Positions 16,562 to 26,123 of a stretch of DNA of 35,090 bases are shown here, piece by piece. The position numbers and the translations under genes are program-made. Each line of letters starts with the position of its first letter. Within the stretch, counting starts at the first letter, position 1. The DNA is from an uncultured virus (IMG/VR IMGVR_UViG_3300046777_002950) (lineage: Duplodnaviria; Heunggongvirae; Uroviricota; Caudoviricetes): IMG/VR virus record IMGVR_UViG_3300046777_002950. One strand, given 5' to 3'. Below the pieces are notes generated by a model, which worked only from the letters and a program-made list of their open reading frames with translations, ran no database searches and had not been told where the DNA came from.

Positions 16562-18125
16562 GCTCCAATCCCTCTTTTAATTTTGTCATTAATAACTCAA
16601 CACCTTTATCATTTAATTCTTGTTGAGTTAAGTGTTTCCATGCTGCTTTTAACTCATCTGCTGTAGGTTGCCTTTTCAAGACTTCTTTGCACCATTTAGT
16701 CAGTATTTGATAATAGTCCGCTGTATTTTCCTGTGGTTGGGCTTCATGGTCATCTTCACTTTGATTACCACTAGTTTGTTCCATTGCATCAATATCAAAT
16801 ACAGGAATCAAAGCAATGAAAGGACTACCGCGAGTAGGGACTACTAAAGCGTATCTCACCTGTTCTTTGTCTAAAAGTTCACACACCTGACTAAACAAAT
16901 CAGATATTTCTGCTTTGACATTTAACAATTCCGGCATTTTGGTTAAAACGTAATTGGACACTTTACCTAGTGCCAAAAAGCAGATATTTTTAAGCGCAGG
17001 ACGACTAAAACCGGTGTAAGTACTTAATGGGTTTTGTCCCATAAAAATACCGTGAATCTTCATAGCAGCGGTGAAGTTAATAACATAATTCCACATAGCA
17101 CAAAGGTTCATTGCTGTGTCTTTCGGCACTTGTCCAACAAGTCCTTTCCCTTCACCAAATACCACATTAACTTCATCTTGAATCAGGAATATTTCACCTA
17201 ATCCTTCACCCTTACGGTTGTTTTTAAACTCATCCTGGCGTGCATCTATAACTTTGGTGGCAAACGTAACCCACTGATCTAAATTGGTTTTGAAACCATC
17301 AAACTTGCGGCTAAATTTACACAACCAAGTTGTTAAATAGTTCTTAGGGTCTGAGCCAAACACATAAGCTGGTCCTTGTGACTTAGCAGCAATCTTGTTA
17401 ATAAAAACACCTGCTAAAGTAGACTTTCCTGATTGGGTTTCACCCCAAAAGCTAAAGTGATGGTTGGCACGTTCACTCATCTTCTGTCGGGCAGAACTCT
17501 CGCACAATTCATCAACCCATTCATCGTCTATCCTGACGTAATCAGGATATTGAGATGCTAATTCTTCCAATAGTTGCCGGGTACTGGGATTGATGATTGA
17601 TTGGACCATCTTTTCATCCACTGTGGCTATTTCAGGATTAGCAACGGCACGAAAACCTGGTAGCTGTCTAGGCTCATCAAGAACTGCTTGCTGTACCTGT
17701 GGCAAATCAACTAAGCCTTGTAATCCATAGGATTGCATCCATCGGGGTCGTTCCATTTCTGGAAGTCTATTTACGTACCCTGCTAACTCACGCTTAGACT
17801 CAATTGCATTCTTGCACTGCTCATAAGTAAATGTACCTTTCAGTTGCTCTTTGACAATAGCGTGGTTAGCATCCTCAATGGACTTATAGAACTTCTCTTT
17901 ACGTTTACGTCGGTACGCTTCGGCGGTAAAACACGCACCAGAAAAGAGTCCAAATAGTTGCTGAATTAGTTTAACTTCATTGTTCAGGCTAGGGGCAAAT
18001 ACCACTGGGGAGAACGTACCTATGATGGCTGTAGTTGCAAACATCCCCATCATAAATCGTTCTACTGTCATTAAAGGGGAAAATATTTCTTTATCCCTTG
18101 AAAATGGGTTATCATGTTGCAACAT
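16554..18125 (-). CDS. Membrane-anchored P-loop ATPase, FtsK/HerA/TraB-like
   Basis: Two N-terminal hydrophobic helices; Walker A GETQSGKST; Walker B IFLIQDE; IFMGQ sensor strand. Confidence 0.75.
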   Translation of the reverse strand: MLQHDNPFSRDKEIFSPLMTVERFMMGMFATTAIIGTFSPVVFAPSLNNEVKLIQQLFGLFSGACFTAEAYRRKRKEKFYKSIEDANHAIVKEQLKGTFTYEQCKNAIESKRELAGYVNRLPEMERPRWMQSYGLQGLVDLPQVQQAVLDEPRQLPGFRAVANPEIATVDEKMVQSIINPSTRQLLEELASQYPDYVRIDDEWVDELCESSARQKMSERANHHFSFWGETQSGKSTLAGVFINKIAAKSQGPAYVFGSDPKNYLTTWLCKFSRKFDGFKTNLDQWVTFATKVIDARQDEFKNNRKGEGLGEIFLIQDEVNVVFGEGKGLVGQVPKDTAMNLCAMWNYVINFTAAMKIHGIFMGQNPLSTYTGFSRPALKNICFLALGKVSNYVLTKMPELLNVKAEISDLFSQVCELLDKEQVRYALVVPTRGSPFIALIPVFDIDAMEQTSGNQSEDDHEAQPQENTADYYQILTKWCKEVLKRQPTADELKAAWKHLTQQELNDKGVELLMTKLKEGLEHE

Positions 18126-18399
18126 ATAAACCTACTGCAACTGCTGATAGAACAGAAATACCAATCACATAAGCAGGTGCAAAACCTACAAAAGTCAGGT
18201 TTTTACTCATTACTCCGTGATACTTGTGGTACAACCCTAACCAATTATTAAAACCGACAACCACTGCTAACAATAGTCCTAATAGGATTAACAAGATTGC
18301 ACCACCACTAGTAACTGGAAATGCCTTTACTAAAAAACCTAAAAGTTGAAAAGTAGCATATCCACAAAATAGTAACCCACCGTAGAATAATCTATCCAT
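18112..18399 (-). CDS. Small multi-TM membrane protein
   Basis: Three hydrophobic segments. Confidence 0.7.
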   Translation of the reverse strand: MDRLFYGGLLFCGYATFQLLGFLVKAFPVTSGGAILLILLGLLLAVVVGFNNWLGLYHKYHGVMSKNLTFVGFAPAYVIGISVLSAVAVGLYVAT

Positions 18400-18402
18400 T
18401 AC

Positions 18403-18498
18403 TTACCTCCTCATGTCATATTGCAAATACAAAATCATACCTAAAAACAATGCAATTAGCAATATGGTAATCACTCCTGTGATGTCTGGTATTAACAT
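18403..18498 (-). CDS. 31-aa single-TM peptide (not in the ORF track)
   Basis: MLIPDITGVITILLIALFLGMILYLQYDMRR; fills the operon gap; AAGGAG upstream. Confidence 0.5.
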   Translation of the reverse strand: MLIPDITGVITILLIALFLGMILYLQYDMRR

Positions 18499-18499
18499 T

Positions 18500-18982
18500 T
18501 TAGTCATGCTCCTTACTTGCTAAATAAAATACATTTGCACATCCAAAAGCCAACTCACTACCCATTACAAACACTGCACAAAGCACCTTTAAAAACATAA
18601 GAGAAGGATTACCTAATTGCTTCAAATTAATTTGATAATCAGTCCAAAATGTGTAAGATGCTATTAGCAAAAAAGCTGTTATTCCCACAAAAGAAACCAA
18701 GTCAAATACTCTTTTTACTTCTTTGTCAGCCTTAGGTTTATCTAGTATTTTAACCAGCACCCTAGGGTCAAACAAAATCGTCATTACCGATGCTTCAATT
18801 CCCAAAATCAAAGCTACTGCTACAGCACTTGCAAATATTCTTTGCCAATATTCCGCACCCTTTAATAAGCCGTAAAAGTGGGGGTAAAGGGTGTAAGCAT
18901 TGTATAAAAGCACGCCCCAACCAACTTTATTAAAGAATTGGAATAGGGTAGCATCAGCTTCACTATTCCTCTTAAATATCAT
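18500..18982 (-). CDS. Four-TM membrane protein
   Basis: Four hydrophobic segments. Confidence 0.75.
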   Translation of the reverse strand: MIFKRNSEADATLFQFFNKVGWGVLLYNAYTLYPHFYGLLKGAEYWQRIFASAVAVALILGIEASVMTILFDPRVLVKILDKPKADKEVKRVFDLVSFVGITAFLLIASYTFWTDYQINLKQLGNPSLMFLKVLCAVFVMGSELAFGCANVFYLASKEHD

Positions 18983-19416
18983 GAAAATATCTCCTTCGCT
19001 TGTGCGTCATAAATTGTTTGAAACCCGTCTAAATTAACTTGAGTTTCTGCTGCTCCCAATTGATATCTGGATACAGCTTTACCGTGATTAGCTTCAATAG
19101 CTCTTAAACGTTCATCAACTTGCATCACTTTCTGTGTGTGTTGAACGTTTATTTCATGAAGCCTCACCAATTGGTCCATCTGCTGACTTCTGCTAGTTGC
19201 AATATCTTTAGCTAGTGCCAACTGGGCTTCTATTTCCCCAGTGCTTTTAGCTTCCTGAAGAACTTGTTGGGCGGATACCCTTGCTGGTAGCTTCATGGTT
19301 TCTTTGATTCTGGTTAGCGACGCACCCATATCACCAATTTTTGTGATATCAGTACCGAGCCCAGTTAATTGTGTCTTTTCTTGAGTTGCGAGTCCGGCGA
19401 AAATGTTGTCAAACAC
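18979..19416 (-). CDS. Coiled-coil hypothetical protein
   Basis: Q/A/E-rich helical ORF, translationally coupled to neighbours. Confidence 0.7.
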   Translation of the reverse strand: MFDNIFAGLATQEKTQLTGLGTDITKIGDMGASLTRIKETMKLPARVSAQQVLQEAKSTGEIEAQLALAKDIATSRSQQMDQLVRLHEINVQHTQKVMQVDERLRAIEANHGKAVSRYQLGAAETQVNLDGFQTIYDAQAKEIFS

Positions 19417-19730
19417 TGATTATGCTCCTGGTTAGTTGGTTTGTTAATGCTTAAAAATGCACAGAGAATTAAAGTTAACGTTGCCAGTCCTAAAAAAGTA
19501 ATAGTCATGGCATTTGTCATCTTGGCTTCGTCGCTTATGCGTTGTTCCAATTCTGATTTAAAACGACGATCTTGATCCTTGTGATAGTCTGATGAAATTA
19601 TCAATTGTTCAATTACATTAGATCCGGGAGAACCTTTTAGAATGAACTCACCGCCGGGCTTGAATGTAAGTTCCACTGGCTGTGGAACGGTGACTTCCTC
19701 CTGTATTTCTAGGTGGCTGGGAAATTGCAT
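19365..19730 (-). CDS. Hypothetical membrane protein
   Basis: One TM segment (ITFLGLATLTLILCAFL). Confidence 0.6.
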   Translation of the reverse strand: MQFPSHLEIQEEVTVPQPVELTFKPGGEFILKGSPGSNVIEQLIISSDYHKDQDRRFKSELEQRISDEAKMTNAMTITFLGLATLTLILCAFLSINKPTNQEHNQCLTTFSPDSQLKKRHN

Positions 19731-19782
19731 AAATTACTATTCCTGATAGAATAAAGAACTGAATAAATACCGCTACAATCAT
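19648..19782 (-). CDS. 44-aa single-TM peptide
   Basis: MIVAVFIQFFILSGIVIYAISQ...; ATG just after the upstream stop. Confidence 0.45.
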   Translation of the reverse strand: MIVAVFIQFFILSGIVIYAISQPPRNTGGSHRSTASGTYIQARR

Positions 19783-19786
19783 CCAA

Positions 19787-20356
19787 TTAGACGGCTTCAA
19801 AATCGATGATATCTTCAAAAGCCTCATCGAAGATTGATTCAATCTGTTGGCGAAAGGATGCAGACTGATTCGTGTACCCCTCTAACTCACTGGACACTTT
19901 AGCAATAATATTTGGGTTGATTTGTTGGCAGCGTTCCATAATTTTAGCTGTTACCGCACTCTCAACTCTTCCACAGTTGCTATCAAATACTTGGATGATT
20001 TCTTTAGTTTCGGATTCAACTGCTGTTTTCAAATTCTGAACAGCAGGTCTTAGCGCCTCAACACCATTTGCATTGGGCGTATTGGTGTTACTAATCTGGC
20101 TTTTTTTACCCTTCTTTTTGGGTTCTGTTGTGGCTAATTGAGTGTCATTATTAATGACAGCAGGTAAGTTATTGGATTTATCCACTTCTTCGGCAATAAA
20201 TCTAGCGGTAGCCTCATCAAATGTATTGGCTTCTGCATTGTAAATAGCAGCTAAATCAACTCCGACCTCATTAGCAATGGATTGAGCTTTTACTGCTAAT
20301 TGTTCATCAGAAATGGGGTTCTTTAGGTATTGTTTAATCAAATCAAATACGTTCAT
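19787..20356 (-). CDS. Hypothetical protein
   Basis: 189 aa; AGGAG RBS. Confidence 0.75.
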   Translation of the reverse strand: MNVFDLIKQYLKNPISDEQLAVKAQSIANEVGVDLAAIYNAEANTFDEATARFIAEEVDKSNNLPAVINNDTQLATTEPKKKGKKSQISNTNTPNANGVEALRPAVQNLKTAVESETKEIIQVFDSNCGRVESAVTAKIMERCQQINPNIIAKVSSELEGYTNQSASFRQQIESIFDEAFEDIIDFEAV

Positions 20357-20504
20357 AATTAGCTCCTGTGACTCCTATCATTTGTTGAATTTCTTTCTTT
20401 GCTTTAGCATTAAATGCGTTAAAACCGGGTCGTGCTTGCCATTCAGTATAACTACCATCAGGTTCTAGCTTGCGGACTACAACTAATACCTCAATGTTTT
20501 GCAT
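20343..20504 (-). CDS. Hypothetical protein
   Basis: MQNIEVL...; GAGG RBS; coupled to neighbours. Confidence 0.5.
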   Translation of the reverse strand: MQNIEVLVVVRKLEPDGSYTEWQARPGFNAFNAKAKKEIQQMIGVTGANYERI

Positions 20505-20616
20505 TAACCACCTCAGATTGTGGAACATTGATATTATTAGCTAATAGCCATGAACACGGGGGAATTGTTATTAATAAAAAAACAACAATTATGGCTTCTA
20601 GTTTTGACTTAAACAT
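20491..20616 (-). CDS. 41-aa hydrophobic peptide (not in the ORF track)
   Basis: MFKSKLEAIIVVFLLITIPPCSWLL...; AAGGAG RBS; overlaps both neighbours. Confidence 0.5.
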   Translation of the reverse strand: MFKSKLEAIIVVFLLITIPPCSWLLANNINVPQSEVVNAKH

Positions 20617-20893
20617 TGCTATCTCCTTGGTTGATTTGCTTTAGTCCCGACTCAATCATTTTTTCTTTACCTTTAAAGTTTTTATACTTACGTAATAACG
20701 CTTGTACTTCTTTTAAGTAGTTGACTTCTTTATCGGTAAGTGGGCTACCATTTAATTGGCTTGTTACTGGGTCAATAAAAGAACTAAATGAACTTAAATA
20801 CTGAACTGCAACTTTTAGATATCGCTGTATTTGTCTTTCCCCTACTCCTAAACGGTGTCCCGCCTCTTTACGACTTATCTTGGGTAGATTCAT
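20609..20893 (-). CDS. HTH DNA-binding protein heading the ATPase operon
   Basis: ISRKEAGHRLGVGERQIQRYL. Confidence 0.7.
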   Translation of the reverse strand: MNLPKISRKEAGHRLGVGERQIQRYLKVAVQYLSSFSSFIDPVTSQLNGSPLTDKEVNYLKEVQALLRKYKNFKGKEKMIESGLKQINQGDSNV

Positions 20894-21020
20894 CTCATAT
20901 TGTTTCCCCGTCCCATGTCCGGGTCATGTCTGGTATGTCTTCAATATAAAACCCCTCTAATAGAGCGTCAATAGATATCTGGTAAATCCCATAAATCATT
21001 GACTTCTATTTAAAGGGGTG

Positions 21021-21263
21021 TTAGACTAGCAAGGTTTTTTTAAACATGACTACCGCCCAGTCTGGGATGTTGTCTTTATAGAACCAGGTTTTAATCGTGG
21101 ATAACGCTGGCGGCTGAATCCCAGTTCCTTGATAGTATTCGTTGATTTTCCTGTCAATGTAATTAATGCAAAAATTCTGGTATCCGTGGCATTCTGGCGA
21201 AAAACCGGCTTTTCTCGCTTCTTGCTTGGGCAAAATATCCTCAATTGACTTAACTCGTGCCAT
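21021..21263 (-). CDS. Putative HTH protein
   Basis: PALSTIKTWFY..IPDW; AAGGAG RBS. Confidence 0.6.
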   Translation of the reverse strand: MARVKSIEDILPKQEARKAGFSPECHGYQNFCINYIDRKINEYYQGTGIQPPALSTIKTWFYKDNIPDWAVVMFKKTLLV

Positions 21264-21394
21264 AATCTATTAGCTCCTTTGTGCGGGGTCAATGTCCTCC
21301 TAGTTAGTTTCAGCTTCTAGGAGGATTTAAAATAAAAATAGCATATTCCACTATTAGTGTGCTATTAGTGGAAAAAGAACATTTAGGTAAGTTA

Positions 21395-21772
21395 ATGACT
21401 AATCGAAAAAAACCAGAAACAAGAGAACAATTGCAAGCTGATATTGCAGCACATCCCGATCGAGGCATGATTAATGGTCGCAAAGTTGTAGACGATGGTA
21501 AACGAGAAATACGCGCTAAAGTTCCCGCTGAACTCAAGCGAAAGTTTTTAAGAATAGTTTCTTGCTACGGCGTGGGCATGAGTGAAGGACTGGAAATGGC
21601 GATCGCATCCCTTTGGAGACAAGAACAGCAAGTAGTAAAGTTGCATGAACAAGAGAAAGCCCAAGAGTTTGGAGTGACTGAAAAAGAAATTCAAATCAAA
21701 GAATTTGGACACTACAAAGCAGTAGGCCGGCAAAAACGATTGAATTTAACTGGCGAGGGTGAAGATGAGTAA
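21395..21772 (+). CDS. Putative RHH-like DNA-binding protein
   Basis: EIRAKVPAELKRKF...MSEGLEMAI; start uncertain (21359 or 21395). Confidence 0.55.
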   Translation: MTNRKKPETREQLQADIAAHPDRGMINGRKVVDDGKREIRAKVPAELKRKFLRIVSCYGVGMSEGLEMAIASLWRQEQQVVKLHEQEKAQEFGVTEKEIQIKEFGHYKAVGRQKRLNLTGEGEDE

Positions 21773-22253
21773 AATTTTATTCTTAGATTTAGACGGTACA
21801 GTAAGACAAACCAAATCAGGAGCAACATTCATTAATGATCCCTATGATCAAGAATTAATACCTGGGGTAGGAGAAGCAGTTGCTCGGTATTTAAACTGGA
21901 CTATTGTAGGAGTAACCAACCAAGCAGGTGTAGAAGCGCACAAAAAGACCTTAGATAATTGCATCAAAGAACAAATGTACACAATGCAATTATTACCGCA
22001 GCTACAATGTATTAATTTCTGTACTACTTTTGACGGTAGCAATGGGTATAGATGTTATCCAGACGGAAATGTAGTTGCTTTGCAGCCAGGGCGCAACTAT
22101 CGTAAGCCTTCCCCAGGTATGCTTGTACAGTTTATTGAAGATTGCTGTTCATTGCCATTGGAAGATGCTTTAATGGTGGGAGACAGGGTAGAAGATGAGC
22201 AATGTGCTAAAAATGCTGGGATTAACTTTATTTGGGCTAATGATTGGAGGTAA
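21765..22253 (+). CDS. HAD-IIIA family phosphatase (polynucleotide 3'-phosphatase / GmhB-like)
   Basis: FLDLDGT, VTNQAG, RKPSPGM, MVGDR..D. Confidence 0.9.
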   Translation: MSKILFLDLDGTVRQTKSGATFINDPYDQELIPGVGEAVARYLNWTIVGVTNQAGVEAHKKTLDNCIKEQMYTMQLLPQLQCINFCTTFDGSNGYRCYPDGNVVALQPGRNYRKPSPGMLVQFIEDCCSLPLEDALMVGDRVEDEQCAKNAGINFIWANDWR

Positions 22254-22255
22254 GT

Positions 22256-22489
22256 ATGTGGAAAATTCCCTTGTTATGTGTTTTGCAGTATTTAGAGTCT
22301 GAATGCAACGACTTTGACTTATATGATGTAGCAAAAGTCTTAGAAGCTTTAGCACTTATTTGTGCTAGTGAAATATTAGCTGATGAACTTGAGCAAGCGG
22401 CGAAAGATTACCGCAGCGGTAGCTATTCCTATACAGCATTAGAAGAATTAATAAGGAGGATTGCTAGTTATGACCAATATGTATCCTGA
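22256..22489 (+). CDS. Hypothetical protein
   Basis: GGAGG RBS; coupled to neighbours. Confidence 0.6.
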   Translation: MWKIPLLCVLQYLESECNDFDLYDVAKVLEALALICASEILADELEQAAKDYRSGSYSYTALEELIRRIASYDQYVS

Positions 22490-22964
22490 GCGATGGGTAC
22501 GTGCTATTTGTACTAAATTATATGGCAGTCCCATCGCTAATCGCACTTGGCGGAAATACAAGCATATCTGTAAAGTTCCAGACGGTCGCAAGCTTGCTAG
22601 TACAGATGAGATCATGATTAGCAAAACTCATTGTCAGTGGTTAATGATGTTGGCTTATATTAGGTGCGAGCAAAAACGTGGTGACAAACCTCCAGTGGGT
22701 TGGAAGTCAGGAGTAACTTTGAAACAAATAATCACCCGTTTAAATGAATCTAGAGTTAAATTAGCATTGGATCAAGCAATGGGGGATGAGATAATTCTTG
22801 AGGGTCTTAAAGGGTCAGATGTACCCTTGTGGTTAAATAAACAAGTTGGCCGTTCCCCTCACGTTAAAACATTAAGGAGGTGGGCAAAAAAACACGGGCT
22901 AGAGTTCCACACTCATTTGCCCGTGCCGTCCAAAACATTAGATGTATTTTTAAAGATTGCTTAA
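22470..22964 (+). CDS. Hypothetical DNA-binding protein
   Basis: AAGGAGG RBS; basic; HTH-like VKTLRRWAK. Confidence 0.65.
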   Translation: MTNMYPERWVRAICTKLYGSPIANRTWRKYKHICKVPDGRKLASTDEIMISKTHCQWLMMLAYIRCEQKRGDKPPVGWKSGVTLKQIITRLNESRVKLALDQAMGDEIILEGLKGSDVPLWLNKQVGRSPHVKTLRRWAKKHGLEFHTHLPVPSKTLDVFLKIA

Positions 22965-22969
22965 ATATT

Positions 22970-22996
22970 ATACCCCATTAAATGGGGTATTTTTAT
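22970..22996. terminator. Terminator between convergent genes
   Basis: ATACCCCAT-taa-ATGGGGTAT followed by a T-run. Confidence 0.7.
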
Positions 22997-22999
22997 TAT

Positions 23000-23338
23000 T
23001 TAATGCCTTACATTATTCAACTGGTTCAGCAAATCTTTCTCTTCATTTATTTTTTGAAAACCAGCTTCTGTATCTTCTATTTCAGCCATTTCATTGAGGA
23101 ATTTTACAAAATCTGGAATTAAGCGTAAAGCTTCAAGATTACTTGAATCTTTTATTAATAAATCCACTGAATCAATAAGCTGTTCAAACTCATGCTGTTG
23201 ATTCTTGTGCAACTCAACAGTGGTTTCCCAATCATCATCGTCTGCAGCATTAACGCCATGCTCATCTTCTATCATTTCGTTTACCCACTCAAGATGAGTT
23301 GATAGTCTTGTTTTCAGTCTTTCAAGAATTGCGCTCAT
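23000..23338 (-). CDS. Acidic hypothetical protein
   Basis: 112 aa, D/E-rich; AAGGGG RBS. Confidence 0.7.
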   Translation of the reverse strand: MSAILERLKTRLSTHLEWVNEMIEDEHGVNAADDDDWETTVELHKNQQHEFEQLIDSVDLLIKDSSNLEALRLIPDFVKFLNEMAEIEDTEAGFQKINEEKDLLNQLNNVRH

Positions 23339-23730
23339 GATCCCCTTGTATATAAAAAGCTAATAATATTATATCATAATAAATATTAAAAATATGATAT
23401 AATTTGAATGTACATCCAAGATGAATCTTTTGGTAAGGAACTAACAGGCAGGTAGTTCCTTATTTCTTAATAAACACAAAACTATGGAATATAACTAATT
23501 CCCCACTGATGTCCTAAAAGTTCAATGTAAGTTGCTTTTTGGACTTGATATTGTTTAAATAAATTAATTAACTGTTCTTGTGCTTGTTCTCGTGACATCT
23601 GCTTTACTTGAGATTCAAAAGCAGCTATCTGAAATTGTTGATCAATTGATAATTCACTCATACTTTCTTGGTTTCACTTAATATTTTATTATTTATTATT
23701 ATAATATAATTAGAGAATTTGATTGACACC

Positions 23731-24303
23731 ATGAAGTACATCAATTACATTAACACAATTTCACAAAGCATAAGACGCAAGCCTTTAAACACAATAGAAG
23801 CAGAAATTATTGCTTGTATTTGCGAAGGAAAAACTTACTTACAAATAGCAGAAAAAGTAAGGTATGACGACGGTTACGTTGGGCATATAGCCAGAGAATT
23901 GTATGGATTGGTAGGACAAAAACACAAAGTCAAGGTTAACCGGCTCAACTTAGTTGCTGTCTTGGATTCAGTAATGGGAGCAGAATTAGATGACACTTTT
24001 AATGCTTGTCATGGCATCAAAGAAGCAACTGTTTTCAACAATGACATCCTCAAATTTAAGCAAGATGAAATAGTAGTTAGTCTTTCAACATTTTGGAAGT
24101 TTGACGCTAAAAATAATACATTGATTTTGAAAACCAAATACCCAATTGTACTTAACTTGAATGACTTAAAAACAAACCCGTTCAAAACAATATTGCATTT
24201 AATTAGACGAGAGCAATTATCAGGTGATGCGCTATTAGAATTGTTTAAAATTCTTGATAATTATTACGATGAAACAGACTTTGAACTAAATCAAACACCA
24301 TGA
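23731..24303 (+). CDS. HTH protein with a vWA-MoxR-associated (vMAP)-like N-terminal HTH
   Basis: LNTIEAEII..ICEGKTYLQIAEKVRYDDGYV..IARELY. Confidence 0.65.
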   Translation: MKYINYINTISQSIRRKPLNTIEAEIIACICEGKTYLQIAEKVRYDDGYVGHIARELYGLVGQKHKVKVNRLNLVAVLDSVMGAELDDTFNACHGIKEATVFNNDILKFKQDEIVVSLSTFWKFDAKNNTLILKTKYPIVLNLNDLKTNPFKTILHLIRREQLSGDALLELFKILDNYYDETDFELNQTP

Positions 24304-24773
24304 TCAGCATAGAACAACTAGAAATTATTGCTCGTGAAAAATGCCCTAAAGCAGCAAAAATACTGGGAATTGAATTACAAAAAGTCCGGTATTACAAAAG
24401 AAGAATCAGAGAAGGTCATATTGACATAAAAACGCCTAAAAAAGAAAAGCGTAAACCCCACAAATGGACACCCAATGAAGATTCAATACTGATAAAAGAA
24501 ATCAGCAACAATTCAATTCAGCAAGCCGTTAACGTGCTACAAATACCCAAAGCAGAAATTGAAAAAAGATTTAATTTTATATTAAAAATAGAAAAAATTA
24601 AACTTCCTGTTTTGAGTATTTTAATCCAATTCCCAAATCTACTTCCTGGGCAAATTCAGCAAATGAAAAATATCTATGAATACAGTCCTCAAAGTGCGCT
24701 TAAATATTGTCAAGTAATTCAAAGCTACAATGATAAATATATATCAGATGAAGAGCAAGTTAATTGTTTTTGA
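24300..24773 (+). CDS. HTH / Myb-like DNA-binding protein
   Basis: AAKILGI...VRYY; KWTPNEDSIL. Confidence 0.6.
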   Translation: MISIEQLEIIAREKCPKAAKILGIELQKVRYYKRRIREGHIDIKTPKKEKRKPHKWTPNEDSILIKEISNNSIQQAVNVLQIPKAEIEKRFNFILKIEKIKLPVLSILIQFPNLLPGQIQQMKNIYEYSPQSALKYCQVIQSYNDKYISDEEQVNCF

Positions 24774-25359
24774 AGGGATAGAAGGCTGTGGAAAGACCAC
24801 TCAAATTCAGCTTTGCTATCAATGGCTGCAAAGCTTAAATATACCCGTAATCTTGACCCATGAACCAGGAGGCACGGAATTAGGGAAAGATATAAGAGAA
24901 CTATTGCTTAACAAATCACCGGATAAGATTACAGAACTTTTATTGTATGCTGCGGATAGAGCGCAACATACACAGGAGGTATTAAAACCCGCTTTAGCAA
25001 CGGGAAAACACATTCTATGCGATCGCTTTACCAATTCTACAATTGCATACCAGGGATATGGCAGGAAAATAGATATGGATTTAATCCACAAGCTTAATCA
25101 AATAGCCACTGGCGGTTTAAAACCCGACATAACTATCTGGATAGATGTAGATGTGGAAACAGGCCTGTTAAGAAAAGTCAACCAAAAACGCTTAGACAGG
25201 ATCGAGGAAGAAACAATAGACTTTCATAATCAAGTTAGACTTGGATACTCAGCAATGTATTTAAACCAAGCATCTTTAATTGTTCAAGTAGACGGAAATC
25301 AACAACAACTAGTTGTGCAAAAAAACATACAAAATATTTTGAGAAAATATTTCATTTAA
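24748..25359 (+). CDS. tmk: Thymidylate (dTMP) kinase
   Basis: IVFEGIEGCGKTTQ, EPGGT, LLYAADRAQH, CDRF..STIAYQGYGR. Confidence 0.95.
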   Translation: MKSKLIVFEGIEGCGKTTQIQLCYQWLQSLNIPVILTHEPGGTELGKDIRELLLNKSPDKITELLLYAADRAQHTQEVLKPALATGKHILCDRFTNSTIAYQGYGRKIDMDLIHKLNQIATGGLKPDITIWIDVDVETGLLRKVNQKRLDRIEEETIDFHNQVRLGYSAMYLNQASLIVQVDGNQQQLVVQKNIQNILRKYFI

Positions 25360-25368
25360 GGATTTTTC

Positions 25369-25968
25369 ATGATTAAAAACGACACCTGGATTACTGAAAT
25401 GTCTCAAAAAGGCATGATTTCACCTTTTCAACCCAGCTTAATTCGTCAAATACAGCCTGATTTATCGCAAATTCCCCAGCCTGTAATTAGTTACGGACTT
25501 TCTTCTTATGGCTACGATATCCGTCTTTCCCCATCTGAATTTCGGATTTTTCGCCACATACCTGGTACTGTCATTGATCCTAAAAACTTTAATCCCCAAA
25601 ACCTAGAATTTACCCGGTTGCATAAGGATACAAATGGCAAATATTTTATTTTACCCGCTCACTCTTACGGGCTGGGCGTTGCATCAGAAAAGCTACAAGT
25701 CCCAGAAAATATCACAGTCATCTGCATAGGCAAATCATCTTATGCAAGATGCGGTATAATAGCTAATTTAACTCCTGCTGAAGCGGGTTGGCGCGGACAT
25801 CTTACCTTAGAGTTTTCTAATTCTTCCAGTGCTGATTGTCGTATTTATGCCAATGAAGGTGTAGTACAATTACTGTTTTTGGAAGGTGAACCTTGTGCTG
25901 TTAACTATGAAACTCGTCAAGGAAAATATCAAGATCAGCCGGAAAGGATTACTTTAGCTAAAGTGTAG
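25369..25968 (+). CDS. dcd: dCTP deaminase
   Basis: ISYGLSSYGYDIRL, GKSSYARCGII, EAGWRGHLTLE, YANEG, GKYQ. Confidence 0.96.
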   Translation: MIKNDTWITEMSQKGMISPFQPSLIRQIQPDLSQIPQPVISYGLSSYGYDIRLSPSEFRIFRHIPGTVIDPKNFNPQNLEFTRLHKDTNGKYFILPAHSYGLGVASEKLQVPENITVICIGKSSYARCGIIANLTPAEAGWRGHLTLEFSNSSSADCRIYANEGVVQLLFLEGEPCAVNYETRQGKYQDQPERITLAKV

Positions 25969-25991
25969 CAATTTAAATTAAAACATTAACG

Positions 25992-26036
25992 AGTAATCCC
26001 CGGTTCTGGATAAAGGAACTGGGGATTACTTATTTT
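25992..26036 (+). terminator. Intrinsic terminator
   Basis: AGTAATCCCCGGTTC / GAACTGGGGATTACT stem. Confidence 0.75.
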
Positions 26037-26042
26037 GTATCT

Positions 26043-26101
26043 TAAAATTATTTTAATTTCAGTATTGACATTATTTTCTTTATCCTATATTATAGAAATA
26101 T
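26043..26101 (+). promoter_or_regulatory. Sigma70-type promoter, twin of 29968-30025
   Basis: TTGACA (26065) - 17 bp - TATTAT (26088), with an AT-rich UP-like element. Confidence 0.8.
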
Positions 26102-26123
26102 GAACAAACAGGAGGCAAAACAA

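Noticed and set aside
26014..26030. GGAACTGGG resembling the CRISPR repeat core
   Set aside because: Short match, fully explained as one arm of the dcd terminator.
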